64,000 nucleotides of DNA from Proteromonas lacertae (taxonomy: Eukaryota), in NCBI GenBank assembly GCA_002245135.1, contig NGBS01001174.1, positions 62,001 to 126,000 of the forward strand, in the 5' to 3' direction. Positions 23,653 through 35,618 of this stretch are shown piece by piece. Below the pieces are notes generated by a model that was not told the DNA's origin, did no database searches, and was given only the letters and a program-made list of their open reading frames with translations. The translations under genes were made by a program, and so were the position numbers. Position 1 is the stretch's first letter; each line of letters opens with the position of its first letter.

Positions 23653-24708
23653 TTATTCATCTTGATCATAAGATTCATCTTCTTCCATTTCTTTTTCATC
23701 TTCTTCATTAAGTTTATTAATTAAATCATCAAATTCTTGATCATCTTTTTCATTTACCATTTTTGCTTCAGACTTAACACTACAATGACCACCAACTTCA
23801 TTCAACTTCTGTTTAATTACTTCAATTGCTTTATTTACTACTTCAATTCCTTGATTCTTATCTGCAACATTTGTTTGAATAATATAATGTGGAGATGATA
23901 TTAATTTAATCTATTTTTATTATTAATAATAATAACAATTATTATTATACAGAAAGTGGTACTTGGGGAGTGCTTAATTTCAATCCTTCAGTTAATGCAT
24001 TCTTTATACCAATTATACCTTCTTGACTAAAACAGGTTATATCCATTTCAGCTCTTATTCTTACATCTTGTTTAGCCATCTTTGCTTTTATCTTATCTTT
24101 TAAAGATTCTAATATTTCTGGATTTACATCTAATCCTTTGAATACTGAATCATCTCCGTTTAATATATAAGCTCTGAAAGCATTGTAACAGTGTTTGTAT
24201 TTGTGTGTTAATGGCCATACGATTTTTTCATATAATGAAAGAATTGGAGTTGAATTCTTTATAGCTACATAACGTATGATTGTTTGGACTAATTTAGACA
24301 TATTGTATTTTTGTAATGCTTTTGGTATATCTTCTGGTTGCACTCTTCTTTTACTTAAATCAATATATCCTTTTTCTTTATCCACTCTCAATACCATCAC
24401 TACTTCATCTTTACCTTTTCTTAATATTTTTGAGGCTGATCTAATACGACGGGCAGAAAGCTCTGACTTTAGAATCATACCACTAATATTGTTGTATTCC
24501 AATAATTGAACGTATGCACATACTTCTTCATATCTTGCAAAATTATAAAATGCAATAAAATATACTCCATAACTTTAACAACAACAAGATCTTCGATTTC
24601 TGGATACTCGTTTTCGTAATATCTACAACTGTATTCTTTCAAGGTCTCTAAATCGAAATCTTGTCTTTCTTCTACAGCATCACTCGACGTTGGCTCTTCT
24701 GAACTCAT
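23653..24708 (-). CDS. EIF2S1: Translation initiation factor eIF2 alpha subunit, 2 introns
   Basis: CRYYENEYPEIEDLVVVKV, LLEYNNISGMILKSELSARRIRS, VLRVDKEKGYIDLSKRRV, IKLISSPHY; stop 23653-23655. Confidence 0.95.
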
Positions 24709-24748
24709 GCTAAATTCTTTGGTAATTTACTGTCAATTTACACTTAAT

Positions 24749-25761
24749 ATGTCAGAAGTATTAATCTCATTTTATTCTATTTATAGAAAATTGTTGAAGA
24801 TAAAAATATCATCAGTCAGATATCAAATATACTTGAAACTGATTTAGCTAATTTAAAAGATTCCACAGTTAATACAAATGAAGAAGTAACAAAAAAACAG
24901 ACTAATAATGTGAATATAAAAGAAAAAAGATTAATTAAATGTGAAATATGTAATGAAAACCAATCAAAATATACATGTCCAAAATGTTTATTAAGAACTT
25001 GTAGTTTAGAGTGTGTTAAAAAACACAAAGAATTAGTATTTATATATTCTATAATAATATCATGTTGCTTATAGTATAATTGTAATGGTGAAAAAGATCC
25101 AGCAGTTTATATAGATTTAAAAGACATGTCATATGATACATTGCTGGATGGTATATATTTCTAATCTGTTTATTTTATTTTATTAGATTATCATTTTCTA
25201 CAGAATGTTGAAAGACAAACTGATAAAATGAAAAGAACTGAATCTACTATAACTCAAAACCAAAATCCACATGGTTCTAAAAGAAATAAAACTGAACGTC
25301 CTATTAAAACTATTCTACAAAAGCAATTGAAGAAATATGATATAACATATGAATATTTACCAGAAATATTTTCAAAAAGTAAAATTAATAGAAGTTACTA
25401 TCATAAGAAAGAAAATGTCATTTATTGGACTTTAGAGTTTACTATTTGTAATGATTTAGTTTTATATTTGAATAAAGTGGATGATAATTTATTATTAAAA
25501 GATGTATATAGTAATTTATTAACAGAAAACAAAAAATTGGATGTTTTAAATTCTCAATACAAAAAATTTGTTGATACTGATTGTTCTCTACTGTTGTTTT
25601 TATTATATAAAGAACATAGCCAAGCTAACAAGCCTATGCATTATATTTTGGATATTAATAAGAGTTTAAGAGAGAATCTAATAAACAAAACAATACTAGA
25701 ATTTCCTAGAGTTAAGATAATACTTCCATCAGATTTAAACAAATATAATATTACTAACTAA
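24749..25761 (+). CDS. ZNHIT6: Box C/D snoRNA protein 1 (zf-HIT), 3 introns
   Basis: CEIC...KYTCPKCLLRTCSLECVKKHK..CNG; DYHFL; S.INRSYY....N.IYWTLEF; SLRENL.NKTILEFP are BCD1/ZNHIT6 hallmarks. The 3-codon first exon (ATG 24749) is inferred. Confidence 0.85.
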
Positions 25762-25871
25762 AGAAATCGTGTGTGTATTTTTATGTTTTTTATTGAAATG
25801 GGTTTTTCAAAATTTTCGTTCATACACCAAAAGAGTGACGAGCTAGGGTTGAACTGTGTTTATTTTCAATT

Positions 25872-27664
25872 ATGAATAAAACTCTTTGTGGTATATTTTA
25901 TTCAATTATTATCTAGTTTTCTTGACCTTCATTGCTGTCTGTTATTCTTCAGAATTTCAAAAGTGTTATGTGAAGAATAGAAATATCAAACCACTCATTA
26001 AATCAAGACTTCCCCACGAATATTTAAAGAAGAGTGAAGTTTCAGAATCATATGATATTAGAAATATCAATGGAAGAAATATGGCTTCAATCACAAGAAA
26101 TCAACATATACCCAACTATTGTGGAGCTTGTTGGTCTTTTTCTGCAACAGCGACAATAAATGATCGTTTAAAATTAGCAACCAATGCCAGTTGGCCAGAA
26201 GCTGATTTATCCATGCAAGTAATACTTAATTGTGATAAGAATGATAATGGTTGTCATGGTGGTGATATGATGAGTGCATTTGAATTTATTCATAGCCAAG
26301 GAGGTATTCCAGATGAGACTTGTCAAATTTATACTGCTACAGGACATGACACAGGTGAGAAGTGTGAAGACACGAACATATGTAGAGATTGTAACAGACA
26401 AGTAGGTTGTTTTGCTGTAAAAAATTATACAAAATACGATATTGAAGAATATGGAGAAGTAAGTGGTGAAGATAATATGAAAGCTGAAATATATGCAAGA
26501 GGACCAATATCCTGTGGTATAGCAGTAACAGAAGACTTAGTGTACAATTATACAGGTGGAATCTATGAAGATAAAACAGGATATAAGGATATTAACCATG
26601 GTATAACTATAGAAGGATGGGGAGTAGAGAATGGTAAGAAATATTGGATAGTAAGAAACAGTTGGGGAAAACACTGGGGTGAAGAAGGATGGTTTAGAAT
26701 TATACGTGGTGTTGATAACTTAGGTATTGAAGAAGATTGTAGTTGGGCTGTACCAAAAATACCAAAAGAGAAAATGACTGAAGAATATAAACGAAAGAAT
26801 TTAAGAAGTCAAACATCAAATATCAAGAGTAATAATGAAAATAAATTCCAAGCTTGTCGATTAGGAAAGAATCAATGGAAAAAGACTGTTATTAGATCAC
26901 CATTACCACATACTTATATCAAGAAATCTGAACTTCCAGAAATATTAGATTATAGAAACTTCAAGGGAATGAATTTATTAACATGGAATAAGAATCAACA
27001 TATCCCTCAATATTGTGGAAGTTGTTGGGCACAAGCTGTAACTTCCATGTTAAGTGATCGTTTGACAATAATGAGAAATGGATCATGGCCTTCTATTGAT
27101 TTATCACCTCAAGTATTAATCAATTGTGGTGATGCTGGTGATTGTAATGGTGGAATGCCAAGTGAAGCATTAAAATGGATTTACAGCAATGGTATAACAG
27201 ATCAAACCTGTGAACCATATACTGCAAAGAATGATGAATGTAAACCACTTGGACAATGTTATGATTGTTTACCTTCAAATACTTCATTTACACCAGGTGA
27301 ATGTAATGCAGTTAAAAAATATAGATCTTATGGAGTTAAAGAGTTTGGTGAAATACAAGGAGCTGATAAAATGAAAGCTGAAATATATGCTAGAGGTCCA
27401 ATATCCTGTGGTATTATGGCTACTGGTAGTTTTGTAGATTATAAAGGAGGAATATATAGTGAAGAAAGTACATTTGTTTGGCCAAATCATGAAATTGAAG
27501 TTGTTGGTTGGGGAAAAGAAGGAAATACTGAGTATTGGATTGGTAGAAATAGTTGGGGTAGTTATTGGGGAATTAATGGATTCTTTTATATTGAGATGTA
27601 CAATAATAATTTGGGAATTGAAGATGATTGTAGTTGGGGTGTTCCTACTTATGATAATCATTAA
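25872..27664 (+). CDS. Secreted cysteine protease with two tandem cathepsin Z/X domains (intron 25891-25916)
   Basis: Signal peptide MNKTLC^VFLTFIAVCYS. Two copies of (R/K)NQHIPxYCGxCW (the cathepsin Z HIP mini-loop), EIYARGPISCGI, NH, RNSWG and NLGIExDCSW. Both catalytic triads are intact. Confidence 0.92.
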
Positions 27665-27876
27665 GTACTATAATATGGTTTGTTTAATTACTTTTTTGTT
27701 TCGGAAATATTTAAAACTATAAACTAAACTAGTGTTTTAAATATCTCACATTATTCTAGCTAAGATCATAATTAATTATAATAATAGAAAATGTAAAAGA
27801 TGTAAATATTTTTGACATGATTGTCATAATTACTTGCATTTTGACATAATTTTATTTTAGTTTTGTGAAGGTAATT

Positions 27877-29578
27877 ATGGCTACTAAAAGAAAAATTCAA
27901 GAAATTTTATATAATTCTTTAGAGAGCGAAGGATTTCATGAGTTAGCTAAGAAATTAAAGAAAGAGATTAATGTATTTATTTAGATACTAATATATAGCT
28001 TGATAATGTTGAAGAAAAATTAACAATAACTGATTTATTAAAACAAAATAATAAAATGGAAACATCAAATGACTCTACTTCAGAATCATCTGATTCTGAA
28101 GATGAAAAACCAAAGACAACAATATCAAAGAAAGAAGAAAGTTCCTCTGATTCTTCTGATTCCTCTGATTCTTCAGATAGTGAAGATGAAAAACCCAAGA
28201 CAACCACAGCTGCCAAGAAAGAAGAAAGTTCCTCTGATTCTTCAGACTCTTCAGATGATGAAGATGAAAAACCCAAGACAACAACAGCAGCCAAGAAAGA
28301 TAGTTCATCTGATTCTTCTGATTCTTCAGATAGTGAAGATGAAAAACCCAAGACAACCACAGTTGCCAAGAAAGAAGAAAGTTCCTCTGATTCTTCAGAC
28401 TCTTCAGATGATGAAGATGAAAAACCCAAGACAACCACAGTTGCCAAGAAAGATAGTTCTTCTGATTCTTCTGATTCCTCTGATGATGAAGATGAAAAAC
28501 CAACCACAACAACAGCAGCCAAGAAAGATAGTTCATCTGATTCTTCTGATTCTTCAGATAGTGAAGATGAAAAACCCAAGACAACCACAGTTGCCAAGAA
28601 AGAAGAAAGTTCCTCTGATTCTTCAGACTCTTCAGATGATGAAGATGAAAAACCAACCACAACAACAACTGCCAAGAAAGATAGTTCTTCTGATTCTTCT
28701 GATTCCTCTGATGATGAAGATGAAAAACCAACCACAACAACAGCAGCCAAGAAAGATAGTTCATCTGATTCTTCTGATTCTTCAGATAGTGAAGATGAAA
28801 AACCAACCACAACAACAGCAGCCAAGAAAGATAGTTCATCTGATTCTTCTGATTCTTCAGATAGTGAAGATGAAAAACCCAAGACAACAACAGCCAAGAA
28901 AGAAAGTTCCTCTGATTCTTCTGATTCCTCTGATGATGAAGATGAAAAACCAACCACAACAACAACTGCCAAGAAAGATAGTTCTTCTGATTCTTCTGAT
29001 TCCTCTGATGATGAAGATGAAAAACCCAAGACAACCACAGCTGCCAAGAAAGAAAGTTCTTCAGATTCTTCTGATTCTTCAGACTCTTCAGATGATGAAG
29101 ATGAAAAACCAAAATCCACAACAGCTGCCAAGAAAGATAGTTCATCTGATTCTTCAGACTCTTCAGATGATGAAGATGAAAAACCAACCACAACAACAAC
29201 TGCCAAGAAAGATAGTTCTTCTGATTCTTCTGATTCCTCTGATGATGAAGATGAAAAACCCAAGACAACCACAGCTGCCAAAGAAAGTTCTTCAGATTCT
29301 TCTGATTCTTCAGACTCTTCAGATGATGAAGATGAAAAACCAAAATCCACAACAGCTGCCAAGAAAGATAGTTCATCTGATTCTTCAGACTCTTCAGATG
29401 ATGAAGATGAAAAACCAACCACAACCAACAACTGCCAAGAAAGATAGTTCTTATTCTTCTGATTCCTCTGAAATGATGATATGAAAAGCTTCAGAAGAGG
29501 AGATTTCAGATTTATAGAGGAGGACAAATAGATCCACATCAAAATAATGCCATCAAATTTGACAGTGATGATGAATAA
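27877..29578 (+). CDS. Nopp140/SRP40-like nucleolar phosphoprotein (LisH - acidic Ser / basic repeats - SRP40_C); 3' end garbled at about 29420-29510
   Basis: LisH-like N-terminus (IQEILYNSLESEGFHELAKKLKKE), intron 27973-27998, about 18-19 SSSDSSDSSDDEDEKPKTTTAAKK repeats, C-terminal YRGGQIDPHQNNAIKFDSDDE* typical of SRP40_C. Confidence 0.85.
28085..29470 (+). repeat. Coding tandem repeat, about 18-19 units of about 70-80 bp
   Basis: Recurrent GAAGATGAAAAACC...GCCAAGAAAGA..AGTTC.TCTGATTCTTC units. Confidence 0.9.
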
Positions 29579-29701
29579 ATTTTAGAAAATATGTAATTAA
29601 CCGCTTTTGTTTTGTTTTTTTCTAATTATTAATATTTTTATAGTATTGTTAATCTTTTCAATTCTTAATACAATAGAAATGATATAAATAAATAAGATAA
29701 A

Positions 29702-30375
29702 TTAATCTTCATCACTAAAATACCCATCTTTTTCTACTATCTTTTTTGTTCTACCCTTTTCTTCTTGAACAATGTTTGTTACTTCTTCAACTCTCTCAGG
29801 AGATGAACACCAAGCGTCATTTTCTTCACCAAGATATTCATCCTCATTTTCGTTTATTTTCCTCTTCTTATTCTTCTTTTGAGGTTTTTCAGGTGCTTCT
29901 CTTGAACCTAACATGTTCTTCGGACAATCATATGAATAATGACCAACTTCTCCACATTCAAAACAGATTTTCTTTGCTGTATATTTTCTTTTTCTAATAA
30001 ATTCACCACTACGTCCATTATCTTTAGCCATATCGACTTTTAGTTTAAATTTCTAAATAATTAATGAACAAATTCATACATCCAATTCAAATCCATCCAT
30101 AGTTGATGCAGCCTTTACAGCATCTTCAATACTAATATATATTTATCTCCAAATTGATATACTTTGAAAATTGAACCCAAGCCACTCCTTTACTTTCTCT
30201 TGTTGTTTTATCTCTCATTATAGTAACTCTATTATATTTATATAGTTTAGAAAGAATACCTAGCTATTTTACCAAATCTCTCAAACAATTGAGCTACATC
30301 ATTATTAGTGTATGAATATGGTAACATTTTTATGTGTATAGTAGATTTTATTGGAGCAAAACCCTCATTTGGCAT
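29702..30375 (-). CDS. ZCRB1: U11/U12 snRNP 31-kDa protein (RRM + CCHC knuckle), 3 introns, one apparent 1-nt indel at about 30205
   Basis: [34 protein letters not shown]^[34 protein letters not shown]...[24 protein letters not shown]-terminal YFSDED. Confidence 0.88.
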
Positions 30376-30535
30376 TATTCGATGAGATAATCGATAATTA
30401 AAAATAAAAATGATCAAACAAGAATCAAACATTTACATTCTTTTTTTAATGTTTTTCTATTCAATTTCTTCAATCAGCACAACATGTAGAAATAAATTTA
30501 AAACTTTCAATTATTTATATACCCTTTTTTTAATT

Positions 30536-32434
30536 TTATAACACATTCCATAAAATAATACTTCCATCATCACCAACAGAACAAATTTGTTTATCATCTG
30601 GAGAAAATTTCAACGACATTACAGTTCCTGAATGTCCAACACCATCAAAAATAGGTCTAAATGTTCTATAATCCCACAATCTCACCACTTGTCCAGTTCC
30701 TCCTGTAGCAAATAATGTTCCACTGTGATTACAATCAACAGTCATTCCTTCTGAACCATGAGGTAATGTTTGAATTGGTTGAGGGGTTCTTAAATCCCAT
30801 AAATGAACCAATTGATCTTGTCCAACACTAACAATTCTATTTTGATCTGCACTTAATGAACAACAATTTATAGAACCCATCTTTGTTACTAAAGCAGAAA
30901 TTCTTTTTTCATTTCTTAAATCCCAACATAATATTGATCTATCTCTACCAGATGTTATACAATGTGTATCATCACTAAATATATCAATAGAAGTAATGGG
31001 CAATGTATGTTCTCTTAAGCTACACATCATTTCTCTTGTTCTAAGTTCCCATATTCTCAATTCACCACTTTCACCAGCAGAAACTAAAAATCTTTGATTA
31101 TTAGACATTCTTAATGCAGAACATCCTTCTCTATGACATTCTTTTAATGTCCATAACATTTCACCAGTATCACTGGAATGAGATGTAATAAAACCTCTAC
31201 TCCAACATGTATATAAACAATCTAATGAATAAGCAATACTCATTGGATGACCAAATTCAGTTGTAAATACTTTAGTCACTACTCTATAATCAGATGCATT
31301 CCATAATCGTATTGTATCATCATAACTTACAGTTGCGAAATAATCAGAAGATTCTGGAGCATATGATATATATTTCACTAAAGCAGTATGACTTTCAGAA
31401 TGTTGAATATAATTTAATATTTCATTAGAAGGAGTAATATTGGTTAATTGTTCAGGCAATTTTATTTTATACATAAATCCATCTGATGTTCCAGCTAATG
31501 CCATCGTTCCAGAAGTTGTACAGGTAATAGATGTAACAGCTCCATGTAATCCTCTACACATTGCTCTATCAAGAAATGTGATTTTTGAACCTCTATGTCC
31601 TCCTATCATATCAAAATACAATACTTCACCATAACCACCACCTATTAATATTCCATTTGGCAATGAACATACACTTTGTACTCCACTTTGACAATTACCA
31701 ATATTAGCATAAAAACTACGATGTCTTACTGATATAATAATAACATCTCCTGTAGTAGTACCTGCATATAAGAATTGTCTATCTTTACTAAATACAAGAC
31801 ACGTATAATCTCTTACTATTGCTGAACCTGTTGCTATTTTATCATGTCCTGTTGTTCCCATAAATGGATCTAAGTTCCAAAATTCGATGGTTTGCCTTCC
31901 TGCTGTTGCAAATAAATAACATTGTGTATCGTGCATTTTTATATCTTTCACCATTCCTCCAAATGCTACAAAACTACAGGGATTTGGACTGACTGGAACT
32001 GCTGTTACTATATTACCTGTGTATAAATCCCATACAATTAATTTACCATCTTTTACATCTCCTATACTACACAACAATCTTTCATCATCTGAAAATGATA
32101 GAGCTGAAACACCCCAATCATGTTCACAGAATCTGTAAACTATTTGATTTGTTTGTTTATCCCATACTAGTACATCGGAATTTGGACCATATTGTCCAGT
32201 CGCAAATATGTTACCTGAATTAGAATATGCTATACATGATATTAAATCATCATGACCTCTAAAAAAAACTTGGTCATGATAATCATCCATATCTGCCAAT
32301 ATTGAACTCGAACCAGCAACATAAATCATCTTGTTTGGTATTTGAGGATGACAATATATGCTATTACGCACACATCCACTATAAGCAATACAATGTTCCA
32401 TCTCAATTTCTGGTAAACTATGTGGTTGTGCCAT
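30536..32434 (-). CDS. CFAP52: WD40-repeat protein, CFAP52/WDR16-like (intronless, 632 aa)
   Basis: N-terminal EMEHCIAYSG...CHP, QVFFRGHDD.ISC, many WD repeats, C-terminal GVGHSGTVMSLKFSPDDKQICSVGDDGSIILW. Length and termini fit CFAP52. Confidence 0.75.
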   Translation of the reverse strand: MAQPHSLPEIEMEHCIAYSGCVRNSIYCHPQIPNKMIYVAGSSSILADMDDYHDQVFFRGHDDLISCIAYSNSGNIFATGQYGPNSDVLVWDKQTNQIVYRFCEHDWGVSALSFSDDERLLCSIGDVKDGKLIVWDLYTGNIVTAVPVSPNPCSFVAFGGMVKDIKMHDTQCYLFATAGRQTIEFWNLDPFMGTTGHDKIATGSAIVRDYTCLVFSKDRQFLYAGTTTGDVIIISVRHRSFYANIGNCQSGVQSVCSLPNGILIGGGYGEVLYFDMIGGHRGSKITFLDRAMCRGLHGAVTSITCTTSGTMALAGTSDGFMYKIKLPEQLTNITPSNEILNYIQHSESHTALVKYISYAPESSDYFATVSYDDTIRLWNASDYRVVTKVFTTEFGHPMSIAYSLDCLYTCWSRGFITSHSSDTGEMLWTLKECHREGCSALRMSNNQRFLVSAGESGELRIWELRTREMMCSLREHTLPITSIDIFSDDTHCITSGRDRSILCWDLRNEKRISALVTKMGSINCCSLSADQNRIVSVGQDQLVHLWDLRTPQPIQTLPHGSEGMTVDCNHSGTLFATGGTGQVVRLWDYRTFRPIFDGVGHSGTVMSLKFSPDDKQICSVGDDGSIILWNVL

Positions 32435-32497
32435 TTCGATTTAAAAATCAAATTAAAAACGGATTTTTTCTAAAAATATATCCGTTTCCATTTCGAA
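32435..32497. promoter_or_regulatory. 63-bp symmetric bidirectional promoter between CFAP52-like and mitochondrial RNA polymerase genes
   Basis: AAACGGAT (32457-32464) and ATCCGTTT (32480-32487) form an inverted pair. Both start codons sit in the context TCGAAATG. Confidence 0.5.
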
Positions 32498-35365
32498 ATG
32501 AATTTAATTTCTCGTTTTTCTCGTCCAATTAAATGTATATCAAATAGATACAGTTTTCATATGACTAAATACACATGTTTTTCTGTATTAAGAAGATATT
32601 TATCTATTATACAACCAAATCAAAAGAAATACATCTCAGATAGTCTTTATCCACCGCCAATGGAAGGTATTGTGTTGTAGTTATTGTAAATATAGATAAA
32701 GATATTGTCAATGATGGACCTTTATTTGATTTGAAAAGAAATGAGCAAGTAAAACAATCAGAAAGAGTATTATTAAAAATGATAATAAGCTATTAATAGT
32801 TGTATTTAAGAGAGTTAGAATTAGAAAATTTAGCAATTGAAAAACAAGCTGAAAAATACCGAAAGACTAGAGAAAGTTTAGAGAAGATAGGTAAAGCTCA
32901 GAACATGGGAGCTACGCGTGATATATTAGCATACTGGTTTCCCGTATTAACAAAGTCATTTGAAGAAGAACAAGAAAAAATGAGAAAAGCTGGACCTTAT
33001 AAATCACATAATTATGAAACAGTATTTTTGTCATTACCAGCTGATAAAATTGCTATAATTACAATGCATGAAGCATTGAGAGAATTATCAAAAGCCGAGT
33101 CAATGTTGTATGTTAAATTATCAATAGCATTAGGTGATTCAATACAGAAAGAATATATAAAAATGTTAAAAGTTAAAAAATATACTCAAATCAAAAAAGA
33201 AAGGAAATTAATGTTTAAAGAAGCTAAGAATAATGGAATTCAGGAAATAGATTACACTGTTTTGAATAAGAATGCATTAACTACCTTTCCAAAACTACCT
33301 CATGAAGAATTAGGTAAAATAGGAGGAATTTTGTTATATCATTTGATTGAAAATTGTAAATTTATTCATCAGAAGAAAGAAATACCCGCTTTCTTACATG
33401 AATTACAAGTCAAAAAGAAGAATCAATTAGCAGGAATGGTGAGATGTCATCCAGCAATTCTACAGCAAATAGAAGAACAACATGATTTAAGAGAATCTTT
33501 ACATACTCGATTTATGCCAATGGTTATTAAACCAAAACCTTGGACTGATTATAATGTAGGTGGATTTTTAACACAAGAATTACATGTATTAAGATCAAAA
33601 GGTTCAAATATGCAAGTATATATATATATATTTCTATTTTTTATTTATTAGTTGGATGTATTGAAAAGAGCCAATTTAGACACAATCTACAAAGCATTAA
33701 ATATCTTAGGATCAGTTCCTTGGGTTATCAATAAACCAATATATAAAGTAGTGAAAGAAATATGGGATAATGGAGGTGGTTTAGGTGAATTACCATCCAG
33801 AGAGAATTTACCATTACCTAAAGAAAAAGATTATGAAGATATGAGAGAATTTAGAAAAGCTGAAAAAATAATAAAAATTGAAAATGCCAATAGACATTCT
33901 TTAAGAAGTGATATGATGTTGAAGTTAGAACAATGTGAAGAATTGTATGATGATGTTATTTACTATCCATATAATATGGATTTCAGAGGAAGAGTATATC
34001 CTATTCCACCTCATTTGAATCATATTGGTTCAGATTTGTGTAGAGGATTATTGACTTATGCTTATCCAAAGAAATTAGGTGAGAGAGGATTATTTTGGTT
34101 GAAATTACAAATTGCTAATTTATTTGGTAAAGATAAAGTATAAATTATATTATTATTTTACATTTTATTATAGTTACCTCAAAGTGAAAGATTTGCTTTT
34201 GTTGATGAGAATATTAAGAATATAATAGATAGTGCTGAAAAACCTTTAGCAGGAGATAGATGGTGGTTAGAAGGAGATGATCCTTGGCAGTTATTAGCAA
34301 CATGTATTGAATATAGAAATGCAATAAAACTCAAAGATCCAACACAATATGAATCATCATTACCAATACATCAAGATGGAAGTTGTAATGGTTTACAACA
34401 TTATGCTGCTTTAGGAAGAGATGAATATGGTGCAAGCCAAGTTAATTTAATCGCTGGAGATAGACCTGCTGATGTATATACTGGTGTATTGAAACATGTA
34501 ATAGTTAAAGTAAAAGATGATTTAAAGTCAGAAGATCCAAAGAAAAAGAAATTTGCCAAATTATTAGAGGGTGGTAAATTATTAACTAGAAAAGTGATTA
34601 AACAAACAGTAATGACTTCAGTGTATGGTGTAACATTTGTAGGAGCAAGACAACAGATTCAAAATCAATTAAAAGCGTTGAATATCCCATTAGAGACATT
34701 GAAACAATATGATTTAGAGGATTTATATGGTTTGAGTTTATATGTTGCACAAAAGACAATGGATAGTTTAGGAGAAGTGAATAAAGGAGCTCATGATATT
34801 ATGTTGTGGTTAAATAACTGTGCTTCACTAGTCTCCAAGACTGGATTTCCTATGATGTGGATTACTCCACTTGGTTTGCCAATTGTTCAACCTTATAGAA
34901 AAATGAAGAAAATTCAAATTTTGACCATGTTACAGAACGTTACATTTGCAGGACATGAGTATATAATAATAATTCTATTTATGTAATTGTAGTGATACTT
35001 CACCAGTTTTGCCTCAGAAACAAAGAAGTGCTTTTCCTCCCAATTTTGTTCATTCTTTGGATTCTACTCACATGATGATGACAGCTATTGAATGTCACAA
35101 CTATGGATTGCAATTTGCATCTGTTCATGATTCTTATTGGACTTATGCTTGTGATGTTGATATTTTGAACAGATTATTGAGAGAACAGTTTATTAAGTTG
35201 TATACTCAACCAATTCTTGAGAATTTCTTAGAATCACAGAAATTGATGCATCCAGATGTATTGTTTATATATTTTTATTGTTAATAGATTCAATTCCCTC
35301 CTTTACCTCAATTAGGAAGCTTAGATCTCAATTGTGTGAAATCAAGTATTTATTTCTTTAATTAA
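32498..35365 (+). CDS. RPO41: Mitochondrial phage T3/T7-type single-subunit RNA polymerase, about 6 introns
   Basis: Basic, Ser-rich presequence-like N-terminus; [92 protein letters not shown]-terminal YFFN* (35363-35365). Confidence 0.95.
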
Positions 35366-35618
35366 TTGTTGTTATGATGTTTAATTTTTATTTTGAAACT
35401 GAAAATAATATATTCGTTTCATTACATTTTCAAGCCAAGCATCAACGTCTTTAATACTTTTTTAATTGTATGTTATATATTCATCCTATAAACTTTATTA
35501 TAATTGCATCTTATTATATATTCTATATTCTTTACTTTTTAAATTTTTATAATTCTATTGTGCATTTACTTCTTTTAAACTATTCTCTATTCGCTTATAA
35601 TTTTATAGAAAGGTAAAG

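Noticed and set aside
28085..29470. Regular repeat array resembling CRISPR or satellite DNA
   Set aside because: No unique spacers and no cas genes. Units vary by whole codons, so it is a coding repeat.
27977..29542. Four long overlapping ORFs (449-521 aa) on both strands
   Set aside because: By-product of a stop-poor tandem repeat. Only the Ser/Asp/Lys frame connects to LisH and SRP40_C.
32498..35365. T7-like RNA polymerase as a prophage or linear plasmid gene
   Set aside because: Spliceosomal introns and a presequence-like N-terminus mark it as the ordinary nuclear-encoded mitochondrial enzyme.
1282..35365. Stop-codon reassignment to explain fragmented ORFs
   Set aside because: The interrupting stops fall inside GT-AG micro-introns or follow indels. 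TAA and TAG terminate genes normally, and conserved Trp and Gln positions use standard codons.
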